DNA from: Cyanobacteriota bacterium | Lineage (GTDB): Bacteria > Cyanobacteriota > Cyanobacteriia > PCC-6307 > Cyanobiaceae | Assembly (NCBI GenBank): GCA_035284925.1 | Contig: JAYKGZ010000107.1 | Location: 18,134-82,133, forward strand | Length of the DNA: 64,000 bases | Direction: 5' to 3' | Part shown: piece after piece, positions 44,652 to 54,717 of the stretch | Layout of the letters: every line of letters starts with the position of its first letter | How positions within the stretch are numbered: the stretch's first letter is position 1 | Made by a program: the position numbers and the translations under genes | The notes under the pieces: generated by a model | What the model was told of the DNA's origin: nothing | The model's input: the letters and a program-made list of their open reading frames with translations, nothing else | Databases searched by the model: none

Positions 44652-45749
44652 TCAGCAGTCCGGAAATCCTGGCTCGCGTCCCAGCCGTGCCCGCGTCCTG
44701 GATTCCAGGGAGTTCATGGCAAGGGCCACGAGATCGTCGAGGGAGCTGCTGTTGATCAGCTCGAGCGCCCGGGCCCGGGCTGCGGCGCTCGGGCAATCGT
44801 CGGGTCGTTGGCAGCCCGTCACGCAGGCGACCGAGCACTCGAATCCATCCTCGGCCCCTTCAGCCGTGGTCTGCTCAACCGGCTCATCACCCCACAGCGA
44901 GGGGGCCACCACCCCGTCGAACACGGCCTCGGCCGGTCCGGTCATGAAGAGATGATCGGTAGCCCCATCCCAGCTGATTTCCAGCGCACCCCCGGGCAGA
45001 TCAACCTGAGCACGCCGTTCAGCCAGGCCCAGGCGATGGCAGACCACCAGGACGGCACAGGCTCCTGTACCGCAGGCGAGGGTAGGACCGGCACCCCGCT
45101 CCCACACGCGCATGGCCAGGTGGGAGGGGCTCAGGGCCTGCACGAAATGAACATTGGTGCGGGCTGGAAAGGAAGGGTGAATCTCAAGGGCTGCGCCGAA
45201 GCGATCGAGATCCACCGTCTCCAGATCGTCGACAGGAATCACCATGTGGGGATTGCCCATCCCCGCTGCCCCCACCATGAACGAGCAGCCGTCGGCCTCG
45301 ATCGTCCCCTGGGGAATGCCGGCCTCTCCCAGGGGGAGGGTGGTGGGCACGGCGGCTGGCTCAAGAAACGGTGCCCCCATGTCAACCGTCACCGCTCCGC
45401 CGGGTTGAAGTTGCGGAACGATCAAGCCTGCCAGGGTCTCGATCTGCCAGCGGCGCCCGGGTTGGTCGCCATCGCTGTCAGCCAGGAACATGGCCAGGCA
45501 GCGGATGCCGTTGCCGCACATCTCCGGCTCGCTGCCGTCGGCGTTGAAGATCCTCATTCGCAGCTCCCCGCCCTGGCGGGGAGGCAGGGCCTGGATGATG
45601 CCATCGGCACCGACGCCGAAGCGTCTGTCACAGAGCCGTTGCACTCTCTCCGGTGTCAGATCGAGGCCGCCATCAGGAGCCGCCGCATCGCGGCCATCAA
45701 GCATCAAGAAATCATTGCCCAGGCCCTGGTATTTGCTGAACTGGAGCAC
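44652..45749 (-). CDS. dapF: diaminopimelate epimerase with an 84-aa C-terminal extension
   Basis: A GTG start at 45749 gives (M)LQFSKYQGLGNDFLMLD. Active-site Cys motifs are EMCGNGIRC and LACGTGACA. The epimerase fold ends near MTGPAEAVFDGVV, and the tail continues to 44652. Confidence 0.88.
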   Translation of the reverse strand: MLQFSKYQGLGNDFLMLDGRDAAAPDGGLDLTPERVQRLCDRRFGVGADGIIQALPPRQGGELRMRIFNADGSEPEMCGNGIRCLAMFLADSDGDQPGRRWQIETLAGLIVPQLQPGGAVTVDMGAPFLEPAAVPTTLPLGEAGIPQGTIEADGCSFMVGAAGMGNPHMVIPVDDLETVDLDRFGAALEIHPSFPARTNVHFVQALSPSHLAMRVWERGAGPTLACGTGACAVLVVCHRLGLAERRAQVDLPGGALEISWDGATDHLFMTGPAEAVFDGVVAPSLWGDEPVEQTTAEGAEDGFECSVACVTGCQRPDDCPSAAARARALELINSSSLDDLVALAMNSLESRTRARLGREPGFPDC

Positions 45750-45793
45750 GATGGGGCAGGGCAGCGCGCCCCTGATCCTATGAACGGGGTCCG

Positions 45794-46030
45794 ATGCCGG
45801 GCAGTCATGAGCGCGGTTCCAGCAGCCTGGACACAACCCAGCCGGGCACGCGTCACATCCAGACCCTGATCCGCCAGCGCACGCCGGTCAGCCTGATGCT
45901 GCAAGGAGGCCTGGAGCTGGAAGGAACCATCCAATGGCAGGACGGTTCGTTTCTGGCGATCCGTCAGGAGGGCCGGCCGCTCACACTCGTGAACCGCTGG
46001 GCCCTGGTGATGCTTCGCGTGATTGGTTGA
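45794..46030 (+). CDS. hfq: cyanobacterial Hfq-like (Sm-fold) protein
   Basis: 78 aa. [56 protein letters not shown] matches the cyanobacterial Hfq pattern (VRQIQ.LI....PV...L..G..L.G...WQD). It has the known divergent dapF neighbourhood. Confidence 0.7.
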   Translation: MPGSHERGSSSLDTTQPGTRHIQTLIRQRTPVSLMLQGGLELEGTIQWQDGSFLAIRQEGRPLTLVNRWALVMLRVIG

Positions 46031-48707
46031 ATCCGTTTCCGACAGGGGTGTGGCACCATCCACAAGCCTGAGCCGGGCTGTTTTGAGCGAAGTGCGCCGC
46101 TACCAACCCCAGTCCATCGAGACCACCTGGCAGAAAGCCTGGGAGGACGCTGGCCTTCACGAAACACCTGAGCTGGGAACTGGGGAGAAGGGGTTCTATG
46201 CCCTTTCGATGTTCCCCTATCCCTCGGGCAACCTGCACATGGGTCATGTGCGCAACTACGTGATCACCGATGTGGTGGCCAGGGTTCAGCGGATGCGCGG
46301 TGCGCGGGTGCTGCACCCCATGGGCTGGGACGCCTTCGGACTGCCGGCAGAGAATGCCGCCATCGAGCGGGGAGTGGATCCAGCGGTATGGACCGATCGC
46401 AACATCGCCTCGATGCGTGCCCAGCTCAAGCAGCTCGGGTTATCGATTGACTGGAAGCGAGAGGTCACCACCTGCCACAGCGACTATTACCGCTGGACGC
46501 AATGGCTTTTTCTGGAGTTCCTCGAAGCCGGCCTTGCCTACCAGAAGGAAGCCTCCGTGAACTGGGACCCCGTGGACCAGACCGTGCTGGCGAATGAACA
46601 GGTGGATGGTGATGGTCGCTCATGGAGATCGGGAGCACTGGTGGAGAAACGCAAGCTGCGCCAGTGGTTTTTGAAGATCACCGCCTATGCGGACAGACTG
46701 CTGGACGATCTTGCAGAGCTCCCCGGCTGGCCGGAACGGGTGCGCACGATGCAGGCCAACTGGATCGGCAGGAGCCATGGCGCCGAACTCCACTTCCCGG
46801 TTGTCGATGCAGCGGGTGAGCTCACCGGTGAGCAGATCAGGGTGTTCACCACCCGGCCCGACACGGTGTTCGGAGTCAGCTACCTGGTGCTGGCGCCGGA
46901 CCATCCCCAGGTGAACGCCCTCACCAGCCCAGAGCAGGGCCAGGTTGTGGAGGCTTTCTGCCAGCTGGTGGCTCGACAGAGCGAACAGGAGCGCACGGCC
47001 GAAGACAGGCCCAAGCGCGGTCACCACCTGGGTGCGTGGGCACGGAACCCTGCCAATGGTGAACGGATCCCGGTTTGGATTGCCGACTACGTGCTCGCCG
47101 ACTACGGCACTGGTGCGGTGATGGGCGTACCAGCCCACGACCAGCGTGACTTCCTGTTTGCCCGCCAGTATGAATTGCCGGTGAGGCGCGTGATTATCCC
47201 GGAAGGGAGCGATGATCACGCCTTCGAGGGCGCCGCCTGGACAGGCTCGGGTGTTCTGATCAACTCCGGCCGTTTCGATGGGCTCAACGGTGCCGAAGCC
47301 AGAACGGCGATCATCGCGGCCGCTGAGACTGAGGGATGGGGGCTGGGTCGGCAGCAGTACCGACTGCGCGACTGGTTGATCTCACGCCAGCGCTACTGGG
47401 GCTGCCCGATCCCGGTGATTCACTGCGAGCACTGTGGGGTGGTGCCGGTTCCGGCTGACCAGCTTCCTGTGACCCTGCCGGAGCACCCGGATCTCAGCGG
47501 AAAAGGAGTTTCGCCGCTGGCTCAGATCAAGAGCTGGGTGGAGGTTGACTGCCCTGGCTGCGGTCGTCCGGCACGACGCGAGACCGACACGATGGATACC
47601 TTCATGTGTTCCAGCTGGTATTACCTCCGATACAGCGATCCAGCCAACGACACCCTGCCATTCAGCCGGGAGAACGCCAATGCCTGGCTTCCGGTGGATC
47701 AGTATGTGGGAGGAATCGAACACGCCATTCTTCATCTGCTTTATGCTCGCTTCTTTACCAAGGTGTTGCGTGACAGGAATCTGCTGAGTTTCAGCGAGCC
47801 GTTCCAGCGACTGCTCACGCAGGGAATGGTGCAGGGGCTGACTTACAGAAACGCCAGCAGTGGCCGCTACATCGCACCGACAGAAGTCGTGGATCCAGCT
47901 GATCCGAAAGATCCGGTCACTGGCGAGCAACTGGAGACGTTTTTCGAGAAGATGTCAAAGTCGAAGCATAATGGTGTTGACCCTGCTGCCGTCATTGATC
48001 GGTATGGCGCAGACACAGCGCGAATGTTCATTTTGTTCAAGGCGCCACCAGAAAAGGATCTCGAATGGGATGATGCGGATGTGGAGGGTCAGTTTCGTTT
48101 CTTGCAGAGAATCTGGAGACTGGTGAATGCTGCCCAGGAGCGTGGTCTGAGCCTTCAGACGGTCATGGTGATCGACTCGCAGCAAACTCTCACCACTTCT
48201 GAACGGGAGTTGCGCCGAGCGGTTCATACGGCGATCGCAGCCATCAGCGAAGACCTGGATGGTGAATTCCAGTTCAATACAGCGATCTCAGAGCTGATGA
48301 AGCTGAGTAATGCCATGGGCCAGCATCTTGAGGCCAGCCGGCCTGCCCTGGCCTGCGAAGCCCTGCGATCCCTCGTCGTTCTCCTGGCTCCCTTTGCACC
48401 CCATCTGGCGGAAGACCTCTGGCTGAAACTTGGCGGCCGTACCGATCAGGATGAACTAACGACCAGCAGCGTTCATTGCCAGAGCTGGCCTGTCGTTGAC
48501 CACACGGCTCTGATTCGCGACACGATCACGGTGATTGTTCAAATCAAGGGGAAGATGCGAGGCAACCTGGAAGTGCCCGCGGGTGCTGACAATGCAACGA
48601 TCGAGGAACTGGCCCTCACCAGTGCGATTGCCGATAAATGGCTTCAGGGACGTCGTCCCAGTCGGGTGATTGTGGTGCCCGGGAAACTGGTGAATCTGGT
48701 CCCCTGA
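46023..48707 (+). CDS. leuS: leucine--tRNA ligase
   Basis: [18 protein letters not shown] (HIGH) and KMSKSKHNG (KMSKS), plus a CP1 editing domain. The track start TTG 46023 overlaps hfq by 8 nt. In-frame GTG 46050, TTG 46083 or GTG 46092 are equally possible. Confidence 0.95.
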   Translation: MVESVSDRGVAPSTSLSRAVLSEVRRYQPQSIETTWQKAWEDAGLHETPELGTGEKGFYALSMFPYPSGNLHMGHVRNYVITDVVARVQRMRGARVLHPMGWDAFGLPAENAAIERGVDPAVWTDRNIASMRAQLKQLGLSIDWKREVTTCHSDYYRWTQWLFLEFLEAGLAYQKEASVNWDPVDQTVLANEQVDGDGRSWRSGALVEKRKLRQWFLKITAYADRLLDDLAELPGWPERVRTMQANWIGRSHGAELHFPVVDAAGELTGEQIRVFTTRPDTVFGVSYLVLAPDHPQVNALTSPEQGQVVEAFCQLVARQSEQERTAEDRPKRGHHLGAWARNPANGERIPVWIADYVLADYGTGAVMGVPAHDQRDFLFARQYELPVRRVIIPEGSDDHAFEGAAWTGSGVLINSGRFDGLNGAEARTAIIAAAETEGWGLGRQQYRLRDWLISRQRYWGCPIPVIHCEHCGVVPVPADQLPVTLPEHPDLSGKGVSPLAQIKSWVEVDCPGCGRPARRETDTMDTFMCSSWYYLRYSDPANDTLPFSRENANAWLPVDQYVGGIEHAILHLLYARFFTKVLRDRNLLSFSEPFQRLLTQGMVQGLTYRNASSGRYIAPTEVVDPADPKDPVTGEQLETFFEKMSKSKHNGVDPAAVIDRYGADTARMFILFKAPPEKDLEWDDADVEGQFRFLQRIWRLVNAAQERGLSLQTVMVIDSQQTLTTSERELRRAVHTAIAAISEDLDGEFQFNTAISELMKLSNAMGQHLEASRPALACEALRSLVVLLAPFAPHLAEDLWLKLGGRTDQDELTTSSVHCQSWPVVDHTALIRDTITVIVQIKGKMRGNLEVPAGADNATIEELALTSAIADKWLQGRRPSRVIVVPGKLVNLVP

Positions 48708-48729
48708 TGATCAGCTTGATCATCGACGA

Positions 48730-49107
48730 TTATCCGCATGTCTTGACGGGAGGGTATGCGGGTCGGGGTTTCAAGGGGACACTTGGTCGATGCTGTTCAT
48801 TCACAGCAGAAAGCATCCAGCCGCTCGACAGCAGACCATCAGCAAACATGATCAGGTCTTCATAGCCTGGAAACGTGCGGCGGTCGCGCAAATACATCGG
48901 ATTGGAGCCATCCCTCGGATGCTGAAGGCGGGCGGCAAATCCCCCTTCTTCCTCGACAAAGAACCAGTGCCCCTTGAACTGGGCCTTGGGATCGCAGAGA
49001 CTGAATAAAAGTTGCCGAGTCATGGTAAGCGGATGGAGATAACGTACTGGCTGAGCCGTTTCTCCAGGCTGGTGCCATTCCGGCAGATCGTCTGTAGCCG
49101 CCCACAC
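48730..49107 (-). CDS. hypothetical protein (125 aa)
   Basis: GTG 49107 lies 12 nt after the pgi stop; the alternative is ATG 49023. Protein-like composition (FKGHWFFVEEEGGFAARLQHPRDGSNPMYLRDRRTFPGYEDLIMFADGLL). No family recognised. Lies in a low-GC patch. Confidence 0.45.
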   Translation of the reverse strand: MWAATDDLPEWHQPGETAQPVRYLHPLTMTRQLLFSLCDPKAQFKGHWFFVEEEGGFAARLQHPRDGSNPMYLRDRRTFPGYEDLIMFADGLLSSGWMLSAVNEQHRPSVPLKPRPAYPPVKTCG

Positions 49108-49118
49108 TTCCCGGCAGA

Positions 49119-50750
49119 TCAGGACCGATGGAACTGCAGGCTCGACGGGTCGCCCCAGGATCCTTCCGCCCTGATGCCCCGTGGGTTGGCGCAGAGATGG
49201 CGCAGAATCCAGAACAGGGGTTCTGGGGAGGGCAGCTTCAACCGTTGCTGCAGCTCGCCAAGGCTCTGGGGGGGGCCATCAGCCAGCGCGGCTTCCAGCT
49301 CAGCCTGCAGCGCCAGGATGCCGGCCGCTGCCTTTTTCCCTGCCTCCACACCAGGCTGGTGGTAGGCATTGATGTTCACCAGCTCTCCATAGAGCCCCAC
49401 CGCCCGTTCGAACAGGGCGATCAGAGACCCCAATGAACGGGCATCGAGCCTGCGCAACGTAATCGACAAACTCTGACGGCCACTCTCCATCAGGGCAGCG
49501 CGGGTTCCCTGAAGAAAGCCATCCAGGAAATCAGCAGGGTGCTCTCCATCCACAGACGGCACATCCTCTGGATCCTCAAGCACCTCGATGAAGGTCACGA
49601 AGAAGTTGTCGATTCCGTCGCGTAATTGCTGCACATATGCATGTTGATCCGTGGACCCTTTGTTGCCATAGACCGCAATGCCCTGGTGAACGGTCCTGCC
49701 ATCGCGGTCGAGTGCCTTGCCCAGGCTCTCCATCACCAACTGCTGCAGGTAACGGCTGAACAGCTCAAGGCTGTCTCGGTAAGGCAAGACCACCATGTCG
49801 CGCTTGCCCTGGCCATGACCGGCTGAATACCAGGCTGCAGCCAGGAGGGCGGCAGGGTTTGAGCTCAGCTCCTGAACTCTGGTGCGGGCGTCCATGGCCG
49901 CAGCACCGGCCAGAAAGCCCTGGATGTCAGCGCCGATCAGCGCCCCGGGAAGCAGACCCACCGCACCTGTGATGCTGGTGCGGCCGCCCACCCAATCGGG
50001 CAGGTCGAACCGGGCCAGCCAGGCCTGGGAGGCGGCCAGCTGGTCAAGCTTGCTTCCCTGCATGGTCACAGCCACAGCCTGAGCAGCCCAGGCTCCGCCG
50101 CACTCTTCCACAGCCCGGCGTGCCTGCAGCATCCCCAGATGGGGTTCCGGGGTGCCACCCGACTTGCTCACGACGATCACCAGGGTGGTCAGTAGACGGC
50201 TGCCGATCGTTGCCAGGGTCCGACTGATCCCGTCAGGGTCGACGTTGTCAAAGAAGTGGAACCGGAGGCCTTCACCGGGCTGCTGCAGGGCCTTCACCAT
50301 CAGCAGCGGGCCCAGTCCTGAGCCGCCAATTCCGATCCACAGCACATCGGTGAAGGCGAGCCCCGCCCCCGTGGTGATGGTTCCGGCCAGCACTTCACGG
50401 CCGAAGGTTTCGATCCGCTCAACCTCCGCCCTCACATGGGCCGTCACCTGGGGATCCGGGGCCAGTTCCGGTGTCCGCAACCAGTAGTGCCCCACCTGCC
50501 GCTGCTCGTCTGCGTTCGCGATCGATCCAGCCTCCAGGGCCGTCATCGCCGCGAAAGCTGGAACCATCCGGGCTTTGAAGTCTTCCAGCTGGGAGGCGGT
50601 CAGGGCCATCCGACTGAGATCGAGCCAGGCACCGAGTTCATCGTCAAACCACAACAGCTGCTGGAAGCGTTGCCACTGGCTGCCGGGATCATGGGGATCG
50701 AGGCCCGGCAAGTCAGCGGAGACAGACGTGGCTGCTGTGAACTCGACCAT
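49119..50750 (-). CDS. pgi: glucose-6-phosphate isomerase
   Basis: 543 aa. PGI signatures DWVGGRTSITGAVG, GSTDQHAYVQQL and NAYHQPGVEAGKK. Confidence 0.95.
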   Translation of the reverse strand: MVEFTAATSVSADLPGLDPHDPGSQWQRFQQLLWFDDELGAWLDLSRMALTASQLEDFKARMVPAFAAMTALEAGSIANADEQRQVGHYWLRTPELAPDPQVTAHVRAEVERIETFGREVLAGTITTGAGLAFTDVLWIGIGGSGLGPLLMVKALQQPGEGLRFHFFDNVDPDGISRTLATIGSRLLTTLVIVVSKSGGTPEPHLGMLQARRAVEECGGAWAAQAVAVTMQGSKLDQLAASQAWLARFDLPDWVGGRTSITGAVGLLPGALIGADIQGFLAGAAAMDARTRVQELSSNPAALLAAAWYSAGHGQGKRDMVVLPYRDSLELFSRYLQQLVMESLGKALDRDGRTVHQGIAVYGNKGSTDQHAYVQQLRDGIDNFFVTFIEVLEDPEDVPSVDGEHPADFLDGFLQGTRAALMESGRQSLSITLRRLDARSLGSLIALFERAVGLYGELVNINAYHQPGVEAGKKAAAGILALQAELEAALADGPPQSLGELQQRLKLPSPEPLFWILRHLCANPRGIRAEGSWGDPSSLQFHRS

Positions 50751-50939
50751 GGGAGGAGTGGATCTGGGCCGAACCTAGTGGGAAGCGGTTTTCAAGGAAT
50801 GTCAACCAGGTCTTCACCGTTGAGGTTCAGACCCATGACAGCGGCTCTGGAGGCGTGAGTCCTGATACCGCAGGAGGACGCATCATTCGCTTGATGTTAA
50901 GATTGGTTCAGTTTTGTTAGTTGACCTCCCGTTACGGTT

Positions 50940-51761
50940 TTGGGTCTCCTTTCTCCCAAATCTTCTCCCGGCGCCCGCCTGCCAGCTGGATGTGCCCTTT
51001 TGGCCATCACCGTTTTGGCCGGCTTGGGAGGTCTGCCCCGATCAAGTACCCGGCCTGAGCCTGGTCGGATGGCCCTCGCCTCCAGCCAGAGCCTTCAGCA
51101 GGTCGTTCCCGAATCGTCAGATCCACTCCGGTTTTCACCTGATGAACTGAAGAGCCTGCAGCGCCGCTTCGGTGTCCATGGCCCCCAGCCGCGCCTGGCC
51201 CAGTTGTTCACCGAGGGGCTCGATCAGCTACAGCCCCTGCGCAACTACACCCTCGAACGCCTCGAGGCTCTCCGCCCGGTGATCCTGAGTGAGTGTCGGA
51301 GCCAGCAGGTGAATCCCCTTCTCGTCACTGCTGTGCTGTTTGATGAGATGCGTCACTCCAAGCCGGGTGAAGACATCCCGATCGCAGCTCAGTCCGGTCT
51401 GTTCAGCACCCATGGCCCTGGTCAGGTTGCGGTCAGTGAGCTGGTGCACCAAGGCCTGCTCCCTGACCAAGCCACCCCTGAGCAGATCGCCGCCGCTCGT
51501 TCCAGCCTGCTTGATCCCGAAACCAATGTGAGGGTTCTGGTCGGCAAGTTCGCCCGGCTGAGCCGGGAGCTCAACCTGCCTCGGTCTCGGGTGCTTCAGG
51601 CCAGTCTCAGCCAGAGGGATGCCAAGAGCCTGGCCACCCTGGCCTACCTGCACAACGGAAAGCTCGATTATCCGCGGAGGATTCTGCGCTCGATGCAGGA
51701 TCCTGAGCTCCATGCGCTCCTGTTCAGCAACCGCAAGAAGCCGGTCTCACCCATGGTCTAA
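50940..51761 (+). CDS. hypothetical exported or membrane-anchored protein (273 aa)
   Basis: TTG start. The N-terminal hydrophobic segment LPAGCALLAITVLAGLGGL may be a lipobox. No family recognised. Confidence 0.45.
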   Translation: MGLLSPKSSPGARLPAGCALLAITVLAGLGGLPRSSTRPEPGRMALASSQSLQQVVPESSDPLRFSPDELKSLQRRFGVHGPQPRLAQLFTEGLDQLQPLRNYTLERLEALRPVILSECRSQQVNPLLVTAVLFDEMRHSKPGEDIPIAAQSGLFSTHGPGQVAVSELVHQGLLPDQATPEQIAAARSSLLDPETNVRVLVGKFARLSRELNLPRSRVLQASLSQRDAKSLATLAYLHNGKLDYPRRILRSMQDPELHALLFSNRKKPVSPMV

Positions 51762-51764
51762 TCC

Positions 51765-52637
51765 TCAGCCGTCAGTCCGGCAGAGGGCACCCAGATGTTG
51801 AAGTCTCGCCTGAAGAGCCTTCCAGTCAAAACTTCGCGGATCAGCCCGTTCACCGCCCAGATCGACGTCCCGGTGTGTGGTGATGTTGCGGTAGGGAATT
51901 CCGTAGCGACGCATCCAGCTGGCCAGCAGCACGGCCAGGGCGTCGTACTGCCGGGAGGAATAACCACTGTGATCAGGTCCGTCATCTTCACCATCCAGGG
52001 GCGTTTCCAGGCTCACATGCAGCGCGAAATTATTCACGGAGCCGCGCACCCTCGGGTTGGTGATCACCCACTGCCCGTTGAACGCCGAATTGCCGGCACC
52101 GAAGGCCCGCTTCCCGGGATCCAAGAGCTTCACCACCTCTCCGTCCAGCCCGATCAGGGCGTGGTAGCTCACTTGATCATCGTCATGGGGATGCTCGGTC
52201 ACGAAGGTGTTGATCGCCGATTGAATCCCATAGACGGTTTCATGAAGCACCACCAGCTTCGGGATGGGACTGACCGGATTCCCGTAGGCATCAACCCGGA
52301 ACCGCTCCCCATAGTTGGTGGGATGGATGGCGATCCGGGTGGCCTGTCGGGGTAGGGCAGCCAGCAGCCTGCGGAGACGTACGGCCAGAGCTGCATCGTT
52401 CTGCTCGCAACTGGACCTCAGCGGTGTGTCCCAGGCCTGCTGACGGGGTGGCCTGGGTGACTCAGGCTGTTCAACCTTGCGCTGGGTGCTGGGTTCCCCC
52501 AATCCCGTGAGCATCTCCAGCAGAGAGAGCTCCCCGGATGGGATACCTGAAGCGTGGGGGTCCCATCCACGCGACACCCAGCCAAGACCCCCAAGACTCA
52601 CCGCCAAGGCGGTCACCACAGCGACATGGAGCTTCAT
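51765..52637 (-). CDS. N-acetylmuramoyl-L-alanine amidase (amidase_2 / PGRP fold)
   Basis: 290 aa. Signal peptide. LVVLHETV...SYHALIG.DG...AFGAGNS...NNFALHVSLE...TTHRDVD is the Zn-amidase family 2 pattern. ATGA overlap with the upstream peptidase gene. Confidence 0.65.
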   Translation of the reverse strand: MKLHVAVVTALAVSLGGLGWVSRGWDPHASGIPSGELSLLEMLTGLGEPSTQRKVEQPESPRPPRQQAWDTPLRSSCEQNDAALAVRLRRLLAALPRQATRIAIHPTNYGERFRVDAYGNPVSPIPKLVVLHETVYGIQSAINTFVTEHPHDDDQVSYHALIGLDGEVVKLLDPGKRAFGAGNSAFNGQWVITNPRVRGSVNNFALHVSLETPLDGEDDGPDHSGYSSRQYDALAVLLASWMRRYGIPYRNITTHRDVDLGGERADPRSFDWKALQARLQHLGALCRTDG

Positions 52638-54352
52638 GGCATCAACAGCTGAAGCCAGGCCGACCTGCGCTCTGCCTCTAGGGGCCCGGCCAGAGGATCA
52701 TGTTCCAGAGTCCAGCGGCGGATGGCCGGCGGCCCCGGAACCAGCGAACTGTTGCGCACCAGACCATCCCGCACCCAGAGAAGCTCACGGGCCACCAGGG
52801 GTGGGCAACGGCTGAGTTCACGCTGGGCCTCTTCAACGTCACGCAGCCGACGACCATCGAGGGCCAGCAGTTCATCTCCCACGCCAACGCCTGCCCGCTG
52901 GGCCGGGGCATCGCGATCAATCCGTTTCACCCTCAGGCCACCGGCATTGTTCTCCAGCTCCCAGCCAGCATCGGGCTGCTCGGCGGTCTCGGGCAGAAGA
53001 CGCAGGCCAACCCAGGCCAGCGCCCGCTCGAGAGGCGGATCCTCTGTGGAGGCCAGCCATCCGGGCAGCAGCGAGGCCAGGGCCGGCTCTATCCGGCTGA
53101 ACGCCGCCAGCAGATCCGATTCGCTGTAACCACGGCCGATGCAGCCGTGACTGCGCCAGAGATCCCGCAGCACGGCCGGAAGCCCATGGCCTGATGCCCG
53201 CAGCTGAAGGTCGAGAACCAGGGCCAGAACGGCTCCTTTCAGGTAGTAGCTGACCTGACAGTTGGCACTGTGTTCATCAGCGAGGTAGAGCTTCACCCAG
53301 GCTTCCTCGCTGCTGCTCCGCAGACCCTGGATGCGACGGCCAGCCGTGAGCAGATACCGACTCAGATCACTTCCGAGGTCCTTCAGCACCTCCTCTTCGC
53401 TGCTGATGCCAGCAGCGTGAGGGAGTAGCAGATCCAGATAGCTGGTGACACCTTCGGCAAACCAAAGGGTGGGGATCACCACCGGTGTCTCGTAGTCATA
53501 GGGAGTGAGCTCAGCTGGGCGAAGCCGCCTCACATTCCACTGATGGAGGTATTCATGGGCCACCAGCTGCAGGAGTTTGCGGCGCCCATCCGGTTGGCAG
53601 AGCGCCACCCGACCGAACTGCAGCACCATGCTGTTGTCGTGTTCGAGGCCGCCGTAACCCTTCTCCGTGCGATGCAGCACCATCAGGTAGTGATCGGCTG
53701 CAGGGCGATCCACCCCCATCAGTCGGCAACAGGCCAGGCAGACCTTCTCCACATCCCCAAGCCAGTCGGGATCCTCCGCCGGCAGGTCTCCGCCCCACTC
53801 CACCCAGCGGTGGGGGATCGAGGCGACAGTGAACGCATGACTGCGGTGCGGCCCCACCTCCACAGGGGTATCGATCAGCTCGTCGAAATCCTTGGCCTCC
53901 CAACTCCCATCGGCTGCCATGGGGAGCGGGAGGAAAGCTTCCCAGCCATCAGGCAGTTCCAGGCTCAGACGGTGAGGAACCCAGCGCTCGCCTTCGATGG
54001 CCAGAACCAGCGCGGCGAGCACGAGGAATCCATGATCCACCGTGAGCTCACAGGTGCGCACGCTGAGCTCCGGAGCCAGGACCCGATAGGTGAGCTGCAG
54101 TGGGTCGAGCGAGGGCAACAGGCTTTCCCAGCTGGCAACGCCGGTTCGCCGCAGCGGCAGGGGTTTGCCGTCCTGATACAGCTCAAGGGATTCGAGCCGC
54201 CGCACGTAGTGACGGATCAGGTAGGAGCCCGGCGTCCACTGGGGAAGGGAAAGCCTCAGCCACGGGGTCCGGGGGGTGTGAACCAGGTTCACATCCACAA
54301 GCTGGCGGTGAGGTTCGGTGAGACGCAGGCAGAGAGTTGGCACCGAATCCAA
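52634..54352 (-). CDS. M61-family metallopeptidase with a C-terminal PDZ domain
   Basis: 572 aa with a TTG start. HExxH zinc motif VAHEYLHQWN. C-terminal PDZ-like GGLRVKRIDRDAPAQRAGVGVGDELLALDG. Confidence 0.7.
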   Translation of the reverse strand: MDSVPTLCLRLTEPHRQLVDVNLVHTPRTPWLRLSLPQWTPGSYLIRHYVRRLESLELYQDGKPLPLRRTGVASWESLLPSLDPLQLTYRVLAPELSVRTCELTVDHGFLVLAALVLAIEGERWVPHRLSLELPDGWEAFLPLPMAADGSWEAKDFDELIDTPVEVGPHRSHAFTVASIPHRWVEWGGDLPAEDPDWLGDVEKVCLACCRLMGVDRPAADHYLMVLHRTEKGYGGLEHDNSMVLQFGRVALCQPDGRRKLLQLVAHEYLHQWNVRRLRPAELTPYDYETPVVIPTLWFAEGVTSYLDLLLPHAAGISSEEEVLKDLGSDLSRYLLTAGRRIQGLRSSSEEAWVKLYLADEHSANCQVSYYLKGAVLALVLDLQLRASGHGLPAVLRDLWRSHGCIGRGYSESDLLAAFSRIEPALASLLPGWLASTEDPPLERALAWVGLRLLPETAEQPDAGWELENNAGGLRVKRIDRDAPAQRAGVGVGDELLALDGRRLRDVEEAQRELSRCPPLVARELLWVRDGLVRNSSLVPGPPAIRRWTLEHDPLAGPLEAERRSAWLQLLMP

Positions 54353-54354
54353 CG

Positions 54355-54711
54355 TCAGGTCGCCAAGGCGTGGGTCAGCTCAACCGTGGCGCTGCTGAAG
54401 CCCTGAGAGGCTTGAGCGAGGGCTTCCAGGGCGGCATAACGGCGCGTGATGGTGCCGAGCAAGGAAGGCAGAGACCTTGACTGACTCAGACGCTGGAGAT
54501 CGCCCACCAGAGCCAGGGAACCGTCCTTGCCACGACACCAGCCAAGCTTTTCCGCGTCAGGGAGCTCGATCCACACGTCGACGCTGGTGGGTTCTCCGGC
54601 AAAACCGACCAGCTGCCCACCGCGGTGGGGAATATGACCGAGATCACGGAGGCTCGTGCTCAGCAGCTCCGCGTCACGCAGCACCGTTGGCAGGATGGAG
54701 AGGTGGGACAC
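54355..54711 (-). CDS. ycf35: Ycf35 (DUF1257) protein
   Basis: A GTG start at 54711 gives (M)SHLSILPTVLRDAELLSTSLRDLG..., aligning with the MSHF(S/T).I.T.L.D...L..AL.DLG start of DUF1257 proteins. 118 aa. The remainder of the 259-aa track ORF is antisense to purN. Confidence 0.7.
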   Translation of the reverse strand: MSHLSILPTVLRDAELLSTSLRDLGHIPHRGGQLVGFAGEPTSVDVWIELPDAEKLGWCRGKDGSLALVGDLQRLSQSRSLPSLLGTITRRYAALEALAQASQGFSSATVELTHALAT

Positions 54712-54717
54712 AGCCGA

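Noticed and set aside
44340-45869. 509-aa plus-strand ORF antisense to the cysteine desulfurase gene and dapF. Similar cases are 41849-43132, 35701-36699, 24481-25545 and 58187-59161.
   Set aside because: Same shadow-ORF composition. Each lies opposite a gene with unambiguous family motifs.
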